IMG/VR virus record: IMGVR_UViG_2049941000_000254
Source of the DNA: an uncultured virus (IMG/VR IMGVR_UViG_2049941000_000254)
Taxonomy: Duplodnaviria; Heunggongvirae; Uroviricota; Caudoviricetes
Reading direction: 5' to 3' (one strand)
Length of the DNA stretch: 51,212 nt
How positions within the stretch are numbered: the first letter of the stretch is position 1; each line of letters starts with the position of its first letter. The notes below the pieces were generated by a model, which made no database searches, was not told where the DNA came from, and saw only the letters and a program-made list of their open reading frames with translations. The translations under genes and the position numbers were made by a program. Below are positions 49,233-51,212 of the stretch, piece after piece.

Positions 49233-50294
49233 CTAACCCTTGTGCTTGTAGTATTCCATTTGCCGCAGATGTTCCTCTGCGGCCTTTTTGCTCTTATGGG
49301 ACGAAAGTATTTCGCCAGTCTTGTGCGACACGATTGTCCAGGGAGCGTCTTCGCCCTTGGAATCCTTGTGTCCCTTCACATACTTGACCGATTCCACAAT
49401 AGGCACACCCTTCGAAAAGGAAACCCACCGGACCAGCTTCTCGGCGTCCGGACAGTTGGTGAAATGCACATAGTTGGCGGGCTTGTTCGAGCTGTCCTCG
49501 GGTATATGTGATGTAATCTTGTACTGGTAATAAATTGGCTCAGGTTCTTCCGGATCGGTCGGCCACCTGAACGGCTTGTACTCGAAATTTCCCTTCTCCG
49601 CACCGTCCACAATCACTTCCACCTTCCCGCGGATTCCAATGGGAAACCCGTCAACAACGGTGCCGTCGGACAGGTGCAGTGCATGGCCGCTGTAGGTCGC
49701 ACGGACCTGATTCCTCGGGACGATCTTGTAGGTGTTGTACTGGCTTTCGACCAGGGGTGCCGGTTTTTGGTAGTTGGACTTCGAGACGCTGCTGTCCCTC
49801 CGGTTCCATATGTCGGCCAGTACACTCTTTGGGAGATGTTCTGGCAGAAGCGAGATGAGCCTTTCCACGTCCTTGTCTGTATGGCCGTCGAATTTCCTGG
49901 CCTTGTCGATTTCCTTGCACTTGAACATGTCCCAGTCCTCTAAAGGATAATGGTAGGAATACGGTCCCTTCGGCGTCTCTATGCACACCAGGAAGTTCTT
50001 CCCGTCATGGCATGGCTTCCCATCCTCGTGTTTCTTGGTCTTCCACGAAATCGACGGGAACAGGTTTACCAATGTGGCGAACAGGATGCAGCGCTGATGG
50101 TACAGGCTGTTGAAGGTGTGGTTCCCGTCGGACAGGTCGCCCTCGTCCTTCACGCCGGCAATCTTGCATGCCGTCTTGATGGCCTTCTCCATCTTGGTTT
50201 CCTTGGCTTCGAATATGGCGGTATAGCCGGAAGCGCATGCCTCCATGAATGGACGCGGTATGTCGAGATGCGGTAGGGATTCTAGGAAATTCAT
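49233..50294 (-). CDS. Multidomain late protein with a WDGH-type domain; probable virion/internal head protein
   Basis: SDGNHTFNSLYHQR...SWKTKKHEDG...SYHY...FDGHT; TATAAACT-N6-ATG; FLES-x16-GYTAIFEA N-terminus; repeated P[LI]VES. Confidence 0.7.
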   Translation of the reverse strand: MNFLESLPHLDIPRPFMEACASGYTAIFEAKETKMEKAIKTACKIAGVKDEGDLSDGNHTFNSLYHQRCILFATLVNLFPSISWKTKKHEDGKPCHDGKNFLVCIETPKGPYSYHYPLEDWDMFKCKEIDKARKFDGHTDKDVERLISLLPEHLPKSVLADIWNRRDSSVSKSNYQKPAPLVESQYNTYKIVPRNQVRATYSGHALHLSDGTVVDGFPIGIRGKVEVIVDGAEKGNFEYKPFRWPTDPEEPEPIYYQYKITSHIPEDSSNKPANYVHFTNCPDAEKLVRWVSFSKGVPIVESVKYVKGHKDSKGEDAPWTIVSHKTGEILSSHKSKKAAEEHLRQMEYYKHKG

Positions 50295-50351
50295 GCCTGT
50301 AGTTTATATGGTTTGGTTGCCACCGGGTGGCGTATTTGCTACATTTGTTGC

Positions 50352-50609
50352 ATGAGCTACGAACCTATCAAGATTAGAATGGATCCTGTCCGCGATGGGA
50401 TTTTAGATGGAATTAACTCCGCGAACTCCAGGTTGCGGGAAGTACGCGATGGCATCAGTGCATACATGCAGGAACACAACCTCACGCTGGTGCAAGTCAT
50501 GGAAATGGACGAGAAACCGGAAGAACTGGTCGAGTTTCTTGAGGACGAGTTCGCGTGCGATAGGGTTCGCAAGCGCTATACGAAAGAACTATTGGTTCTA
50601 GGAGAATGA
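50352..50609 (+). CDS. Hypothetical protein, leaderless
   Basis: TTGCCA-N17-TACATT-N6-ATG. Confidence 0.7.
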   Translation: MSYEPIKIRMDPVRDGILDGINSANSRLREVRDGISAYMQEHNLTLVQVMEMDEKPEELVEFLEDEFACDRVRKRYTKELLVLGE

Positions 50610-50709
50610 AATGGAATTTCCGCAAGCAAATCAAGAATTGACTGTCGGCGCCATGAAGGAGATGTGCGAGCACATCGAGAAGCAGGCCCGGTTTCCATTC
50701 CACAAGAAG

Positions 50710-50975
50710 ATCAACTACCCACGGGCTAAAGACCCGTGAGTTTGGGGTAACCCGGACTCATAGTTGATTAGACTCAGTGAAGCATAGCAATATGCTGAAC
50801 TACGTTAGGAAGGCCATAACACCTACGGATGTACGGTCAAGTCTGTAGCTCTGTTGAATGTCATTAAACAGTCCTGATGGGTAGGGACAGTGTGGCGTTC
50901 ACGACAAGCCTCCCTAACATTGTCGATGACCACCCACAGGGAGCAATCCCTGCATTACCTATTAAGTTAGGTTCA
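50710..50975 (+). ncRNA. IscB omegaRNA (HEARO-like); guide is the flank ~50692-50709
   Basis: ATCAACTACCC...GTTGATTAGACTCAG...CTACGTT...CACCTACGGATG...AGTCTGTAGCTCTG...AACATTGTCGATG, directly upstream of the iscB ATG. Confidence 0.9.
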
Positions 50976-51000
50976 AAAACAAAGAAAGGACAACGACTAG

Positions 51001-51085
51001 ATGGTCTATGTACTGAGGAAATACGGAGAGCCACTGATGCCTACCACCAGGTACGGCAGGGTCCGCCGTCTGCTCAGGAAAGGCT
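51001..51085 (+). CDS. iscB: IscB N-terminus (PLMP domain), partial
   Basis: MVYVLRKYGEPLMPTTRYGRVRRLLRKG. Confidence 0.9.
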
Positions 51086-51096
51086 NNNNNNNNNNG

Positions 51097-51146
51097 TGCT
51101 TCGTACCCGCGTCTACGCCTAGACTGACCCCCTGGACGCCGTTTGG
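51097..51146. repeat. 50-nt duplicate of 48785-48834
   Basis: Exact match between gaps; assembly overlap. Confidence 0.85.
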
Positions 51147-51212
51147 NNNNNNNNNNTGCAAAATTTGCCGGAATAATGGCTGTCGGAATGGGCTGCATGT
51201 ACCTCTTTGTCA

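Noticed and set aside
928..50609. Stop-codon reassignment
   Set aside because: TAG, TGA and TAA all terminate well-packed genes, and conserved proteins are uninterrupted in the standard code
1..51212. CRISPR array, retron or DGR
   Set aside because: No regularly spaced direct repeats, reverse transcriptase motifs or adenine-specific TR/VR pair seen; the near-duplicates are tnpB alleles or contig overlaps

Overview
This is a gappy, mosaic scaffold of phage DNA, with dozens of N gaps, duplicated ~50-nt contig ends, and both empty and filled alleles of the same insertion site. Bases 1-3177 look like the early region of a lambdoid/temperate phage (ssb, bet, small regulators), assembled in two pieces of opposite orientation. 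The rest looks like the accessory region of a large, probably T4-like or jumbo phage; a Fibrobacter-like host is my inference from gene content and promoter style, not shown. That region is mostly short hypothetical genes driven by one strongly conserved sigma70-type promoter (TTGCCA-N17-TACATT with TGC extension), often placed to give leaderless mRNAs, plus a second late-type motif, TATAAACT. Recognisable genes are a CoaD-like nucleotidyltransferase, a Dam-like methylase, an amidase endolysin, a SLOG protein, an SPFH protein, a radical SAM protein, two glycosyltransferases, a DUF1848-like protein and a WDGH-domain protein. A non-coding operon (4413->3188, minus strand) carries tRNA-Pro(UGG), a tmRNA (tag ADNAFAYSAAA) and several unrecognised structured RNAs. 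Two more promoter-driven structured RNAs start at about 22834 and 24452. RNA-guided nuclease transposons are abundant: two IS607/TnpB elements both inserted at CATGGG, an IS605-type tnpB end, PATE-like remnants, and IscB with omegaRNA. The most interesting signals are three. (i) One IS607 element carries a late-promoter cargo gene between tnpA and tnpB whose N-terminus shares a precise motif with another late phage gene (candidate capsid-targeting peptide). (ii) A two-hairpin kissing-loop RNA of unrelated sequence but matching architecture sits in front of both SD-less tnpB genes, with a similar unit in front of the tmRNA. (iii) The ncRNA operon contains several uncharacterised RNAs.
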